Of a stretch of 64,000 nucleotides of DNA, positions 54,391 to 64,000 are shown piece by piece. The notes beneath the pieces are model-generated. The model worked only from the letters and a program-made list of their open reading frames with translations. It made no database searches and had not been told where the DNA came from. Every line of letters begins with the position of its first letter. Position 1 is the stretch's first letter. The DNA is taken from the NCBI GenBank assembly GCA_903946925.1, contig CAJAXK010000057.1, forward strand, positions 1,807 to 65,806, given 5' to 3'. A program made the position numbers and the translations under genes. This DNA is from an uncultured Bacteroidales bacterium. Lineage in GTDB: Bacteria > Bacteroidota > Bacteroidia > Bacteroidales > UBA4417.

Positions 54391-56544
54391 CTAATTACGT
54401 ATGTCTAGTTCTTTGATTAGGTTGGTGGCCCCGGCGTATTTTTCGATTACGAAAAGCACATAGCGTATGTCAACACAAATGGTTCGTTGCAATTGTGGTT
54501 CAAAAGCATAGTTGCCGCTCATAGCTTCCCAATTCCCATCAAATGCCAGTCCGGTAAGTTCGCCATTTCCATTAAGCACCGGGCTACCTGAGTTGCCTCC
54601 GGTGATATCGTTATTGGTAATAAAACCTATTACCATTTTCCCGTTTTCACCGTAATTTCCATAATCTTTGTCCTTGTAAAGCTGCTTGAGTTTTGCCGGC
54701 ACCGTGAATTCCAAACTTGTAGGATCTTCTTTAGCCATCAAGCCATCGAGCGTGGTAACATAATCGAAATTAACAGCATCGGCAGGGCTGTAATCAAGAA
54801 CTTTGCCATAAGTTACGCGCATGGTACTGTTTGCATCAGGATAAAAGTTCTTGTCGGACTGCATTTCGCGCAATCCCTTTACAAATAAGCGGCGGCCTTT
54901 GGCAAGCATTTCATTAGCTGGCTTTACTACTAAATCAATTTTAGCGGCATTTTCGGCAAAAGCTTCCTGTAAAGGCCATATTGGGTCTTTTTGTAAAGTT
55001 TTGAGTTTGGCATCCACAAGAAAAAGATCAACCTTCGATTGGCTGCCAAAAATGGTTTTGCTGAAAACTGCTTTGGCATATTCCTCGAAATTGCCTTTAT
55101 ATTTTGAATGGATTTTTTCGAGGTAAGCGGGCTGCATTTGTTTTGGAACATCGTTGTAATACAGTTCAAGCATGGCTGCCAGCATTTTAACATCGGTAGC
55201 CATATTGTAGTTTTTAAAATATTGCTTTGATGCCTCGTTGGCCTGATCGGTATATTTGCGGATTAATTGCTTGTCGGGGGCTGGTTTTGCCAATTCCTCG
55301 GCCAGTTTATTGAAATTTCGCGAAAAGGCAATAATCTCGCAGCCGCGTACAATGGCTTCGGAATTATAACGCACAGCAGCTTCGTATTTGTTTATGGTTT
55401 CGTAAGCATTTGAAATATTGAGCAATGCATCGCGGTATTTCAAACTGCGATCCTTGTCAGCACTAAACCATTTAGCAAATTGTTCTTCTATTTCGCGTTT
55501 CCTGTCGTAAACGCCTAAACGTTTCAGGCCTTTATTCTGACCGATAAAAAATTTCCAATAATTAGCGGAACCAGCGTATTTCGAAGCATATTTAATCCTT
55601 ACTTCGGCATCAGCAGCCATATCCTCACGAAGTATTTCCAGTTTTTTAGTCCTGATTTTAACTACCATTGGGTTGTTTTTCTCTAATGCCCAATTGATGG
55701 TATAAGAAGTAGCATATCGGTCGGTAGTACCTGGATAGCCCATAATCATTTGAAAATCACCTATTTTCTTTTCTTTTATCGAAATAGGAAGGAATTGTTT
55801 GGGTTTCATTGGAACATTGTTGGCTGCATATTCGGCAGGCTGGTTCTCTTTGTTGGCATATACCCTGAAAACCGAAAAATCACCTGTATGCCTTGGCCAC
55901 ATCCAATTGTCGGTATCGGCACCAAATTTTCCAATTGACGATGGCGGGGCGCCAACAAGCCTAACGTCTTTATATACTTCGTACAGGAAAAGATAGTATT
56001 CGTTTCCGTTAAAGAACGAAACAGTACGTGCATCGTATTGGGTTCCTTTGGTATTGGTAAATTCAATATTTTTCGAGTTTTCTTTTATTTTTTCAAGCCT
56101 TTCGGTCTCGGTCATATTGTCCTTTACACCGGCCAATACTGCACCGGTTACATCCTGTATGCTTACAAGGAAACGTGCTGTGAGGCCTGGTGTTGGCAGT
56201 TCCTCTTCGTAACGTGTTGCCCAGAAACCATCGCTTAAATAATCGTGGTCAACGGTGCTGTGCGATTGGATTGAGCCGTAGCCGCAATGATGGTTGGTGA
56301 ATATTAATCCGTTTGGCGAAACTATTTCGCCGGTGCAACCACCACCGAACATGATTATGGCATCCTTAAGGCTACTATGGTTTATGCTGTAAATTTCTTC
56401 AGCGGTAAGATGCAAACCTTCTTTTTGCATATCAACATAATTGAGTCGCTGAATAAATAGCGGCAGCCACATACCCTCATCGGCGCGGCTTTGGGTTGAA
56501 ATTACTGACAAAAGTAAAGCCAGTGCAATTGTAATTTTTTTCAT
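54391..56544 (-). CDS. S46 family dipeptidyl-peptidase (DPP7/DPP11-like)
   Basis: ADEGMWLP follows the signal peptide. The catalytic His context is IFTNHHCG and the catalytic Ser context is TGGNSGSPVLN. I moved the start to the ATG at 56544 (MKKITIALALLL) from the track start at 56616. Confidence 0.9.
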   Translation of the reverse strand: MKKITIALALLLSVISTQSRADEGMWLPLFIQRLNYVDMQKEGLHLTAEEIYSINHSSLKDAIIMFGGGCTGEIVSPNGLIFTNHHCGYGSIQSHSTVDHDYLSDGFWATRYEEELPTPGLTARFLVSIQDVTGAVLAGVKDNMTETERLEKIKENSKNIEFTNTKGTQYDARTVSFFNGNEYYLFLYEVYKDVRLVGAPPSSIGKFGADTDNWMWPRHTGDFSVFRVYANKENQPAEYAANNVPMKPKQFLPISIKEKKIGDFQMIMGYPGTTDRYATSYTINWALEKNNPMVVKIRTKKLEILREDMAADAEVRIKYASKYAGSANYWKFFIGQNKGLKRLGVYDRKREIEEQFAKWFSADKDRSLKYRDALLNISNAYETINKYEAAVRYNSEAIVRGCEIIAFSRNFNKLAEELAKPAPDKQLIRKYTDQANEASKQYFKNYNMATDVKMLAAMLELYYNDVPKQMQPAYLEKIHSKYKGNFEEYAKAVFSKTIFGSQSKVDLFLVDAKLKTLQKDPIWPLQEAFAENAAKIDLVVKPANEMLAKGRRLFVKGLREMQSDKNFYPDANSTMRVTYGKVLDYSPADAVNFDYVTTLDGLMAKEDPTSLEFTVPAKLKQLYKDKDYGNYGENGKMVIGFITNNDITGGNSGSPVLNGNGELTGLAFDGNWEAMSGNYAFEPQLQRTICVDIRYVLFVIEKYAGATNLIKELDIRN

Positions 56545-56697
56545 CTGTTTGTTTTTTATTTTTTTACGGGTCAGATGGAATACGCCATGAGAATAATCAT
56601 TTCGGTTGGTGACCAAATTTTCTGCTCATGGCTATTTCATACTATTTCTATTTCGTTTTTCTAATTCGTGTTGTGATTTATAAAGAGGGATGGAACA

Positions 56698-56732
56698 ACA
56701 ATTGTCAATTATCAATTGTCAATTGTCAATTA
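56698..56732. repeat. tandem 7-mer array CAATTGT/CAATTAT x5
   Basis: acaattgtcaattatcaattgtcaattgtcaatta read directly from the sequence. Confidence 0.8.
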
Positions 56733-56757
56733 AGCACCCCCATGCAAATAAATTCGG

Positions 56758-57849
56758 TTAAACGAATGCTTCCCCTTTTTCGAGGCGCACTGCATCCACA
56801 TATCCACGTATGTTTTGTTCGTCGCTACGTTTGCAAATCAGCATTATACCGTTGTCTTCCACCACAATACAATCATCAACACCCTGAATAACAGCAACCA
56901 TGCCCGATGGTAGGTTAATTATATTGTTGTGTGTATTGTATGTGAGGGGTTTTGCACCGATAATTGCGTTTCCATTCCCATCTTTATCGGAAGTATCGTA
57001 TAGTGAACCCCAGGTCCCCAAATCGCTCCATCCAATGTCGGCGGCCAGAACAAAAACATTGTCTGCTTTTTCCATTATACCATAGTCGATGGAAATGCTT
57101 TTACAAACTGTGTAGGCTTTTTCGATATATGCAGGTTCGTTTTCGGTGAAGTATTGGTCGGAACCATCCATGAAAAGGGTGTTCAATTCTGGAAGGTGTT
57201 TCTCGAAAGCGTGAAGAATGCTTTTAATTGACCAGATAAAAATCCCTGCATTCCACAGAAAATCACCACTTTGCAGGAATGAAACTGCCAGTTCGTGATG
57301 CGGTTTTTCGGTAAATGTTTTCACCTTTCGCACTTTACAGTCGGCCTGATAATTATTCGAGTCGTCGAATTGAATATAGCCGTAGCCTGTATCGGGCCTA
57401 CTGGGAGTAATGCCAAGGGTAAGCAACCAGTTGTTTTGTTCGGCCGATTTTAAAGCACAAAGCAGGGTTTGTGTAAAAACATCTTCCTTCAAAATAATAT
57501 GATCCGATGGAGCCACCACAATACAGGCGTTCGGGTTGAGCTTGTTAATTTTATGTGTAGCGTAAGCAATACAGGGAGCAGTGTTCCGCCTCATGGGTTC
57601 GCACAATACATGTTCGGGCACAATGGCAGGAAGTTGTTCAACCACCTGATCGAAGTACTGGAGATGTGTTACAACAAAAATATTTTCGGGCGGGCAAATG
57701 GTGGTAAGCCGCCTAAAGGTTTGCTGTATTAGGGTTTCGCCGGTCCCTAATATGTCGATAAACTGTTTTGGGCGCGAATTGCGGCTTAAGGGCCAAAAAC
57801 GCGCACCAACGCCACCAGCCATAATAACACAGTAATAGTTCTTGTTCAT
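56758..57849 (-). CDS. mannose-1-phosphate guanylyltransferase (NTP_transferase family)
   Basis: 363 aa. The N-terminal VIMAGGVGARFWPLSRNSRPKQF is the signature of the ManC/CpsB-type nucleotidyl-transferase domain. Confidence 0.85.
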   Translation of the reverse strand: MNKNYYCVIMAGGVGARFWPLSRNSRPKQFIDILGTGETLIQQTFRRLTTICPPENIFVVTHLQYFDQVVEQLPAIVPEHVLCEPMRRNTAPCIAYATHKINKLNPNACIVVAPSDHIILKEDVFTQTLLCALKSAEQNNWLLTLGITPSRPDTGYGYIQFDDSNNYQADCKVRKVKTFTEKPHHELAVSFLQSGDFLWNAGIFIWSIKSILHAFEKHLPELNTLFMDGSDQYFTENEPAYIEKAYTVCKSISIDYGIMEKADNVFVLAADIGWSDLGTWGSLYDTSDKDGNGNAIIGAKPLTYNTHNNIINLPSGMVAVIQGVDDCIVVEDNGIMLICKRSDEQNIRGYVDAVRLEKGEAFV

Positions 57850-58046
57850 GTGGTTGAGTATTTAGTATAACAAATTAGATTACAACATTTTGAGTACATT
57901 TTTATTGTTGCAAAGGTAATAAATCTGTTATCAGATTTACATTATGCAGTAGGAAAATTCTGTTATAAGATTAGGCACAGTTGAAAAAGTAGAAAGGCAA
58001 AAATTTTAAGCAAGAATCAGCTCCATTAACCCTAAAAAAGGTAAAA

Positions 58047-58137
58047 CCACGGAGGCGCAGAGGGCACAGAGGTACACAGAGTATTGTTAATCTGAACTAT
58101 AGCCTTAGTGAATCTTAAAGGCTTTGTGCCTTTGTGG
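58047..58137 (+). repeat. word-repeat hairpin (CACAGAG words) that pairs fully only as plus-strand RNA
   Basis: ccacggaggcgcagag (58047..58062) pairs over all 16 nt with ctttgtgcctttgtgg (58122..58137) if 4 G:U pairs are allowed. Confidence 0.6.
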
Positions 58138-58250
58138 CGAAAAAAGACTTTTCGGAGTGGTCTCAAACAAGCACTATTTTTATTTCTCCTTTTATACAAC
58201 ACCTTCGAAGATAAAAAACCCGAAACCCGAAAGCCTAAATCCTTATTCGA

Positions 58251-58323
58251 CATTTTCCATTAACCAACAACCAGCAACCATTAACCATTTTCCATTAACC
58301 AACAACCATTTTCCATTAACTAT
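58251..58323. repeat. direct repeats of cattttccattaaccaacaacc (CCATTAAC word family)
   Basis: Copies lie at 58251..58272 and 58286..58307, with a partial copy at 58308..58320. It shares attttccattaactat with 25409..25424 and overlaps the stop of 58316..58939. Confidence 0.75.
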
Positions 58324-58939
58324 CCCCCAATCCCACCACTTGCGCCGAGCGCGAAACAAGATAATATTTTCGTGTTTCGGGACAAAAACACTTGTAGCGG
58401 GTGCGCAGTTTTTCTATTTTCACAAATTTGCGGCCGCTCGATAAGGTAAAACTGCTATTTAAAGGTATATCGTGTACGGTTACAATAGCCTTGCCACCCT
58501 CTAAGGATGCCAAAGTGTTGATTAGCCGGGTATCGCGATGAAAAGTAGCCGGGGTATTTATAAAGTACCTGCGTAATTCAACAGCAAGTACCGGAGGGAA
58601 AATGCCCTGTTCGAAGTAGGGTTGAACCGTTTCACGGTAAGTTTCTTTCCACTCAGCACCGTGCGGTTTGGCTTTCCTACCATAGCGTTTCATTACTTTT
58701 AGATGTGCAAGCTCATGCAAAAAAACGAGCAGGAAGGAGTATTGACCAAGGTCCGAATTTATTTGTATTACTGGCGTTCCACCATTTCTAACACCTTTAA
58801 AACTGCCGAGGCGCGTTTGCCGTGGGGTAGTTATCCTGAAAATAAAATGATAATCATTGAATAGTGGGGCGGTTAGTTGTCGGGCCTGCTCCGGAAAACG
58901 CAAAAGTACATCTGCTAAAGTTTCAGGCTTGTACCGCAT
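58316..58939 (-). CDS. SprT-like zinc-metalloprotease-domain protein
   Basis: 207 aa. VFLHELAHL (HExxH) is followed by HGAEWKETY, as in SprT-like domains. Confidence 0.6.
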   Translation of the reverse strand: MRYKPETLADVLLRFPEQARQLTAPLFNDYHFIFRITTPRQTRLGSFKGVRNGGTPVIQINSDLGQYSFLLVFLHELAHLKVMKRYGRKAKPHGAEWKETYRETVQPYFEQGIFPPVLAVELRRYFINTPATFHRDTRLINTLASLEGGKAIVTVHDIPLNSSFTLSSGRKFVKIEKLRTRYKCFCPETRKYYLVSRSAQVVGLGDS

Positions 58940-59174
58940 ATTCAGTCTGCTGGTACAGTTTTAAGGCAGGATTGCTTATTGGTTTTAGCAGGCAGCCGCA
59001 GCGGTTGTGGCCTGTTGATGCGGGCGAACGGTACCAATTGTTGCGTTGACTATTGTAACCGCTTGATGTACAAGCCGTAAACATTGTTAATAACACAGCC
59101 AAAGCCATAACAAGAGCTGGCCGGACAGGTAGAAAGCTAAACGTATTTTTAATTTTTTTTTGTATCATTTCCAT
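58923..59174 (-). CDS. possible small lipoprotein
   Basis: 83-aa ORF. Its hydrophobic segment ends in the lipobox-like LTMFTAC. It overlaps the next gene by 17 nt. Confidence 0.35.
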   Translation of the reverse strand: MEMIQKKIKNTFSFLPVRPALVMALAVLLTMFTACTSSGYNSQRNNWYRSPASTGHNRCGCLLKPISNPALKLYQQTEYAVQA

Positions 59175-59306
59175 GCTAAAACGTTATTAAAACAGCCATT
59201 TTCACTTGCATTCCTATCGCTATTTCATCGAACTTGTTCTATAAAAACAAAACATTAGGTGCCAGTCTCAAAATTTACGCTAATTTAGCACTTATTATTG
59301 TACGAA

Positions 59307-60047
59307 ATGAAATTTTTATTCCACTTTGGGCGTTACCTCACCTTATTGCGCCAATCTTTTCAACGCCCTGAAAAGCAGTCTATTTACTTCAGGCAGGTTC
59401 TGGTGGAGATGGATAAACTTGGCTTAGCCTCTTTGGGGATTGTTGCCATTATATCGGTTTTTATGGGTGCGGTTGTAGCAATACAAATGGCATTTAACAT
59501 CGATACACCGCTAATCCCAAGATACACTATAGGATTTGTAACCCGTCAAAGCGTAATTTTAGAATTTTCGCCAACAATTATAAGCCTGATTTTGGCCGGA
59601 AAAGTTGGCTCTCGGATTGCCTCGGAAATTGGCACCATGCGTGTAACCGAGCAGATTGACGCACTCGAAATAATGGGCATCAACCCCGCCACATTCCTGA
59701 TACTTCCCAAAATAATTGCTTCCATGCTCATAAACCCCTTCCTGATCGGCATGAGCATGATACTGTCAATTGGTGGCGGCTGGCTTGCTGGCGTAACCAC
59801 CGGGCTTTTCCCTTCGGCAGATTATATTTATGGTTTACAGTCGTTTTTCCACATGTACGATATTTCGTATGCTTTTATCAAAACAATAGTTTTTGCATTT
59901 ATAATTGCCTCGGTATCGGCGTACAATGGGTTTTATACCAAAGGGGGCGCTTTAGAAGTTGGCGAGGCCAGCACAAATGGCGTGGTTTATAGCAGTATAG
60001 GAATTATTTTTGTGAACCTTATTCTTACACAAATCCTGTTGGCATGA
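59307..60047 (+). CDS. mlaE: MlaE-family ABC transporter permease
   Basis: MRVTEQIDALEIMGINP is the MlaE signature. I preferred the ATG at 59307 over the TTG at 59298. Confidence 0.8.
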   Translation: MKFLFHFGRYLTLLRQSFQRPEKQSIYFRQVLVEMDKLGLASLGIVAIISVFMGAVVAIQMAFNIDTPLIPRYTIGFVTRQSVILEFSPTIISLILAGKVGSRIASEIGTMRVTEQIDALEIMGINPATFLILPKIIASMLINPFLIGMSMILSIGGGWLAGVTTGLFPSADYIYGLQSFFHMYDISYAFIKTIVFAFIIASVSAYNGFYTKGGALEVGEASTNGVVYSSIGIIFVNLILTQILLA

Positions 60048-60802
60048 TAGAAGGGAAAAACATAAGCAAGAGTTTTGGCGACCGTTTGGTGCTCGACAAC
60101 ATTTCGGTTTGTATGGAGAAAGGGAAAACCAACCTTATTATCGGCCAAAGCGGCATGGGGAAAACAGTGCTGCTTAAATGCCTGGTAGGTTTGGTGAAAG
60201 CAGACAAAGGGCAAGTGTTTTATGATGGAAGGGCTTTTTCAAAAATGTCGTTTAACGAAATGAAAGAAATCCGGCAGGAAATTGGTATGCTTTTTCAGGG
60301 AGGGGCTTTGTTCGATTCGCTGACTGTTGAGCAAAATGTAATTTTCCCGCTTACCATGTTTACCGAACAAAACCCAGCCCAAAAACTTGAAAGGGCAAAT
60401 TTTTGCCTTTCGAGGGTAAACCTTACGAATGCCAACAAATTATACCCATCGGAGTTGAGTGGGGGAATGAAAAAACGTGTTGCTATTGCACGCGCCATTT
60501 CCATGAACCCACGTTATCTTTTCTGCGACGAACCCAATTCGGGGCTTGATCCCCAAACTGCGCACCTTATCGACGAGCTAATCAAAGAAATAACATTGGA
60601 ATACGATATGACTACCGTTGTGGTAACCCACGATATGAATTCTGTTCTCGAAATAGGCGAAAAAATTTATTTCCTTTATCAGGGAAAACTTTGGTGGGAA
60701 GGTACAAAAAACAATATCCTTCATACTGATAATGCTGAACTACAAGAATTTGTGTTTACTTCGGAACTTACCAAAAGGCTTAGGCCGGCGAAAGGGATTT
60801 AG
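60044..60802 (+). CDS. mlaF: MlaF-like ABC transporter ATP-binding protein
   Basis: Walker A is GQSGMGKT, the signature is LSGGMKKRVAIARA and Walker B is YLFCDEP. A 4-nt overlap joins it to the permease gene. Confidence 0.85.
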   Translation: MIEGKNISKSFGDRLVLDNISVCMEKGKTNLIIGQSGMGKTVLLKCLVGLVKADKGQVFYDGRAFSKMSFNEMKEIRQEIGMLFQGGALFDSLTVEQNVIFPLTMFTEQNPAQKLERANFCLSRVNLTNANKLYPSELSGGMKKRVAIARAISMNPRYLFCDEPNSGLDPQTAHLIDELIKEITLEYDMTTVVVTHDMNSVLEIGEKIYFLYQGKLWWEGTKNNILHTDNAELQEFVFTSELTKRLRPAKGI

Positions 60803-60873
60803 GATTTAGGATGTCGGATGTTGGATGTTGATTCTTCTGGCATACAAAATTATTCTACGTTGTCTTCGCTTGT

Positions 60874-61010
60874 ATAATTCATCACTTGAAGGTAATTGAA
60901 CACGGATGATACGGATCCAACTGATTTGCACGGATTTTTGTCTTTATCAGTGTTAATCTGTAACATCAGTGTTATCAGTGTTCTATAAAGTTTTTAAATA
61001 AATCAGGTTA
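60874..61010. repeat. 137-bp intergenic foldback element, copy B
   Basis: See copy A at 42275..42410. Confidence 0.85.
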
Positions 61011-61041
61011 GCACCTTAAACATTAAGCGCCAAAAATCAAA

Positions 61042-61578
61042 ATGTCAACATTAGATATAATCCTTGCCCTTTTTCTGTCGTATTTTGCCTTTAAGGGTTT
61101 TAGCAATGGTTTTATTGTGAGCATTGCCACTTTAATTGGTTTGGTTATTGGGTTTTATGCTGCAACACATTTTTCGGAATTTACCGCCAACTGGTTGAAA
61201 AGCGATTTGGGTTTGGAGAGCAGCAACATCAAACTTATTGCTTACATAGTAACGTTTGCCATAGTTGTAGTCCTGATCTTTTTGCTTGGCCGTTTCCTTA
61301 CGGGTGTGGTTAAAACGGTGGGACTCGGAATTGTTAACCGTTTGGCCGGAGCCATATTTGGGATTGCAAAAGGGGCGCTTATTGTTAGTTTTTTATTTAT
61401 GTTCCTTTCACGTATCGACAGCCAGGGCAGTCTCTTGTCGGCAGAACAAAAAAATGGCTCTGTTTTGTATAAACCAGTTTCCATGGTTGCTCCGGCAACT
61501 ATACCTTTGGTGAAAAAATACACTACCCAGGTTGAAGAACTTATTCAGGACAAGGGATCGGAAGCAATTTCGAAATAA
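61042..61578 (+). CDS. cvpA: CvpA family membrane protein
   Basis: 178 aa. The N-terminal LDIILALFLSYFAFKGFSNGFI and four TM helices are typical of the colicin V production protein family. Confidence 0.8.
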   Translation: MSTLDIILALFLSYFAFKGFSNGFIVSIATLIGLVIGFYAATHFSEFTANWLKSDLGLESSNIKLIAYIVTFAIVVVLIFLLGRFLTGVVKTVGLGIVNRLAGAIFGIAKGALIVSFLFMFLSRIDSQGSLLSAEQKNGSVLYKPVSMVAPATIPLVKKYTTQVEELIQDKGSEAISK

Positions 61579-61902
61579 ACAAAACCTTTTGTAACACCAT
61601 AAATCAGACAAAAATTTGGTTCATAGCTTAATTCTCGGGTAAAAAGCTTATAAAAGCTGTTCGGAAAATGGGAGGCGGAAAGTATCCATGATGTATATTC
61701 CGTTGCAATTGGCAGATTGAAGGACAATTAGTTTTTCAAACCAATGTACCAAGGGGAAAATACAACAACAATTGCACTCAAAGTGTAGCTATCGGTTCCC
61801 CCAAAAGAAATCTCAGATTGTTTGTTTTGAATCAAGATAGTTTATGCTTGTGAAGCCAAACTATTTATTTTTTGAATTGTTGGTTTTAAAACATCGTAAT
61901 AA

Positions 61903-64000
61903 ATGCAAAAAAAGCACCTGAAAATTATAACAATCATACTCTCTGCAATTGCAGTTTTAGTAATTGCTTTATTTTTTTCCATTTCGCCTCTGGCAAAATA
62001 TTTCATAGAGAAAAACAGCGAGGAGTGGACCGGGCGCAAAATCACCATGAACCACCTTTTCATTAACCTTTGGGATTGGAACCTTACCGTGAAAGGACTG
62101 AAAGTTTATGAGAACAAAAGCGATTCGGTTTTTTTTAGTGCCTCAAAAATACATACAGCAATAAGTGTACTTCAGCTTTTAAAAAGTGAGTATAAAATCC
62201 TGGTTTTTCAGGTCGAGAAACCTGCTATTGTTGTTGAACAGACCGGCGAACATTTTAATTTCGATGATCTGATAACAAAGTTTACGGCTCCTGATACCAC
62301 CCAAAAGGCAACCGAACAGCCCTCAGAACCTGTAAAATATAAAATAGAAAATATTCAAATTACTGATGGCACAATTACTTACCGTGATAAAACCATGAAC
62401 CTGGAAGCAGTGATGCAACAATTTAAAATGGGTTGTCCTTCACTTTCGTGGGATTCGCCCATGCTGAATACCGCAACTTCCTTTTCACTCAAATCAGGTG
62501 GCAGAGCCGATGCCCGTCTAGCCCTCAACCTCGATTCCTTAACTTATATAATCAGTGCAAAACTTTCGCAGTTCAACATGCAACTGTTGATGCCTTACAT
62601 GAAAGATTATCTGAAGACCTCATACACATCAGGGCTTTTGAGCAGCGATCTCATAATCAAAGGTGATTTCGATGTGCCTGAAGCGGTTGCAGTTAAAGGA
62701 GATGTTTCCCTTGCCGATTTCAGGATTGACGATGAAACCAAAAACACTGTTGCCTCGTGGAACAACCTGGCGATCCAGATAGATTCGCTTGATGTGGCTG
62801 CCAATATGTACAATTTTGGTGAAATTATACTCGACAAACCTTACCTGCTTTTTGAAATGTATGAGAAAAGCGATAATTTTAGCAGGATGATGGTCAGCAC
62901 CGGCACGGAAACGGTTGATACTGCCACTGTAGTTGACGAAGTTGATTATTCAAACCCATTTACTATAATGGCTGACTATGTTAAACAAATCAGCAAGGAC
63001 TATATCATCAGCAACTATACCGCCAAAGATGTTATGCTGCACAACGGACAAATTGTGTACAGGGATTTTACCCTTGAGGACAAATTTGTTTACAACCTCG
63101 AAAATCTCGAACTAAGTTCGGGGCGCATTGATTCAAAAAGCGACAGTATAACTTTCGACATGAAATGTTTGGCCAACCGTTCCGGAATTCTCAATGCACA
63201 TCTCGCCTTCGACCCACGCGATTATATGAATATGGCGATAAATTATACTATTGACAATATGCGGATTTCCGATTTTAACCCGTACTCTAAATTTTATGTT
63301 GCACATGCATTTGTCGAAGGATTGCTGTTTTATAAAAGCACCAACACCATACGCAATGGCAAACTTGTAAGCAGCAATGTGTTGAATATTAAGAAGATAG
63401 AAGTAGGCCGCAAATTAAAAGGGATTGGGTTATTTGAAGTTCCGCTGCGTTTGGCTATTGCTATTCTGCGCGACAGAAAAGGTGATATAAATATTGATAT
63501 TCCGGTAGAAGGTGATCTGAAAGACCCAAACTACAAAGTGGGGAAAATGATCTGGCAGATAGTGAAAAACCTCATAGTGAAAGCAGCGACTGCCCCTTTC
63601 GACTTGCTGGCAAAGGCATTCGGCGGGAATGAAGAGGAGATTAAGGTGATCCGTTTTGAGTACCTTCAGCAGCAATTTGTACCTCGACAGATGAAAAGCC
63701 TTGATATTATCAGCAATGCGTTAAGTGAAAAGCCTGAGCTCAAAGTTTCGCTCGTTCAGGTTGCCAGCCGCGAAAGCGAGAAAGAACTTTTGGCTTTGTC
63801 GCTAGCAAAACAAGTGTATTATCGTAAGCAAATCCTGCAACCAGCCAAGGACAGCCTCGATGCAAAAGAAATCAGCGCTGCTGTAGAAATCCCAAACAAA
63901 GATTCATTGTTCAATATGTGGCTGAACCAACAATTGTTGCCTGAGGATGTTTCGGTACTGCCAAGCCAGTTGAAATGCCGCAAACTTATGGGAGAAGCCT
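61903..64000 (+). CDS. DUF748/AsmA-like membrane-anchored protein (partial; continues beyond the window)
   Basis: The ATG at 61903 gives MQKKHLKIITIILSAIAVLVIALFF..., an N-terminal anchor. I spot-checked the frame as open through 62.4-62.9 kb. It is absent from the ORF track because it has no stop in the window. Confidence 0.65.
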   Translation, partial: MQKKHLKIITIILSAIAVLVIALFFSISPLAKYFIEKNSEEWTGRKITMNHLFINLWDWNLTVKGLKVYENKSDSVFFSASKIHTAISVLQLLKSEYKILVFQVEKPAIVVEQTGEHFNFDDLITKFTAPDTTQKATEQPSEPVKYKIENIQITDGTITYRDKTMNLEAVMQQFKMGCPSLSWDSPMLNTATSFSLKSGGRADARLALNLDSLTYIISAKLSQFNMQLLMPYMKDYLKTSYTSGLLSSDLIIKGDFDVPEAVAVKGDVSLADFRIDDETKNTVASWNNLAIQIDSLDVAANMYNFGEIILDKPYLLFEMYEKSDNFSRMMVSTGTETVDTATVVDEVDYSNPFTIMADYVKQISKDYIISNYTAKDVMLHNGQIVYRDFTLEDKFVYNLENLELSSGRIDSKSDSITFDMKCLANRSGILNAHLAFDPRDYMNMAINYTIDNMRISDFNPYSKFYVAHAFVEGLLFYKSTNTIRNGKLVSSNVLNIKKIEVGRKLKGIGLFEVPLRLAIAILRDRKGDINIDIPVEGDLKDPNYKVGKMIWQIVKNLIVKAATAPFDLLAKAFGGNEEEIKVIRFEYLQQQFVPRQMKSLDIISNALSEKPELKVSLVQVASRESEKELLALSLAKQVYYRKQILQPAKDSLDAKEISAAVEIPNKDSLFNMWLNQQLLPEDVSVLPSQLKCRKLMGEA

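Noticed and set aside
58032-58444. ORFs 58032..58253 (minus) and 58124..58444 (plus).
   Set aside because: Both are read through the CACAGAG and CCATTAAC word repeats, and the second overlaps the SprT-like gene. They are repeat-derived artefacts.

Overview
The window looks like a Bacteroidota chromosome segment. Evidence: T9SS type-A C-terminal sorting domains, an S46 peptidase, MORN-variant and ECF-sigma genes, and many signal-peptide or lipobox N-termini. I found no rRNA, CRISPR array, transposase or integrase.

Block 1 (1-25.3 kb, all minus strand): a HisKA_3 sensor kinase with an FG-GAP/ASPIC ectodomain and a LuxR-type response regulator. Five giant secreted proteins follow. Four of them carry cohesin-like and/or dockerin-like modules; only one has a T9SS sorting domain.

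Block 2 (25.4-43.2 kb): housekeeping genes and small regulons. These are nadA, rpiB, lutB, a 1412-aa T9SS adhesin-like protein, a DEAD-box helicase, a Bro-N protein, a fructosamine kinase, an ECF sigma/anti-sigma pair, a rhodanese/thioredoxin/DUF2892 cluster with a Crp/Fnr regulator, thpR and tRNA-Ala(GGC).

Block 3 (43.2-52.0 kb): a visibly AT-richer stretch next to the tRNA, and my best candidate for an undescribed system. An RtcR-like (CARF-like N-domain + sigma54 AAA+) activator is transcribed divergently from a tightly packed operon. The operon encodes two paralogous 100-aa proteins, two micro-ORFs (25 and 31 aa), a glycosyltransferase-radical SAM/SPASM fusion, a GlnD-type nucleotidyltransferase-tyrosine-phosphatase fusion, an O-methyltransferase and a WG-repeat protein.

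Block 4 (52-64 kb): secreted proteins and lipoproteins, an S46 dipeptidyl-peptidase, mannose-1-P guanylyltransferase, an SprT-like protein, MlaE/MlaF-type ABC components, CvpA and a DUF748/AsmA-like protein.

Intergenic regions hold a striking set of short-word repeat and hairpin elements, and a conserved ~25-nt motif sits at the boundaries of the giant-protein transcription units.

All domain calls come from motif recognition by eye, not from searches.
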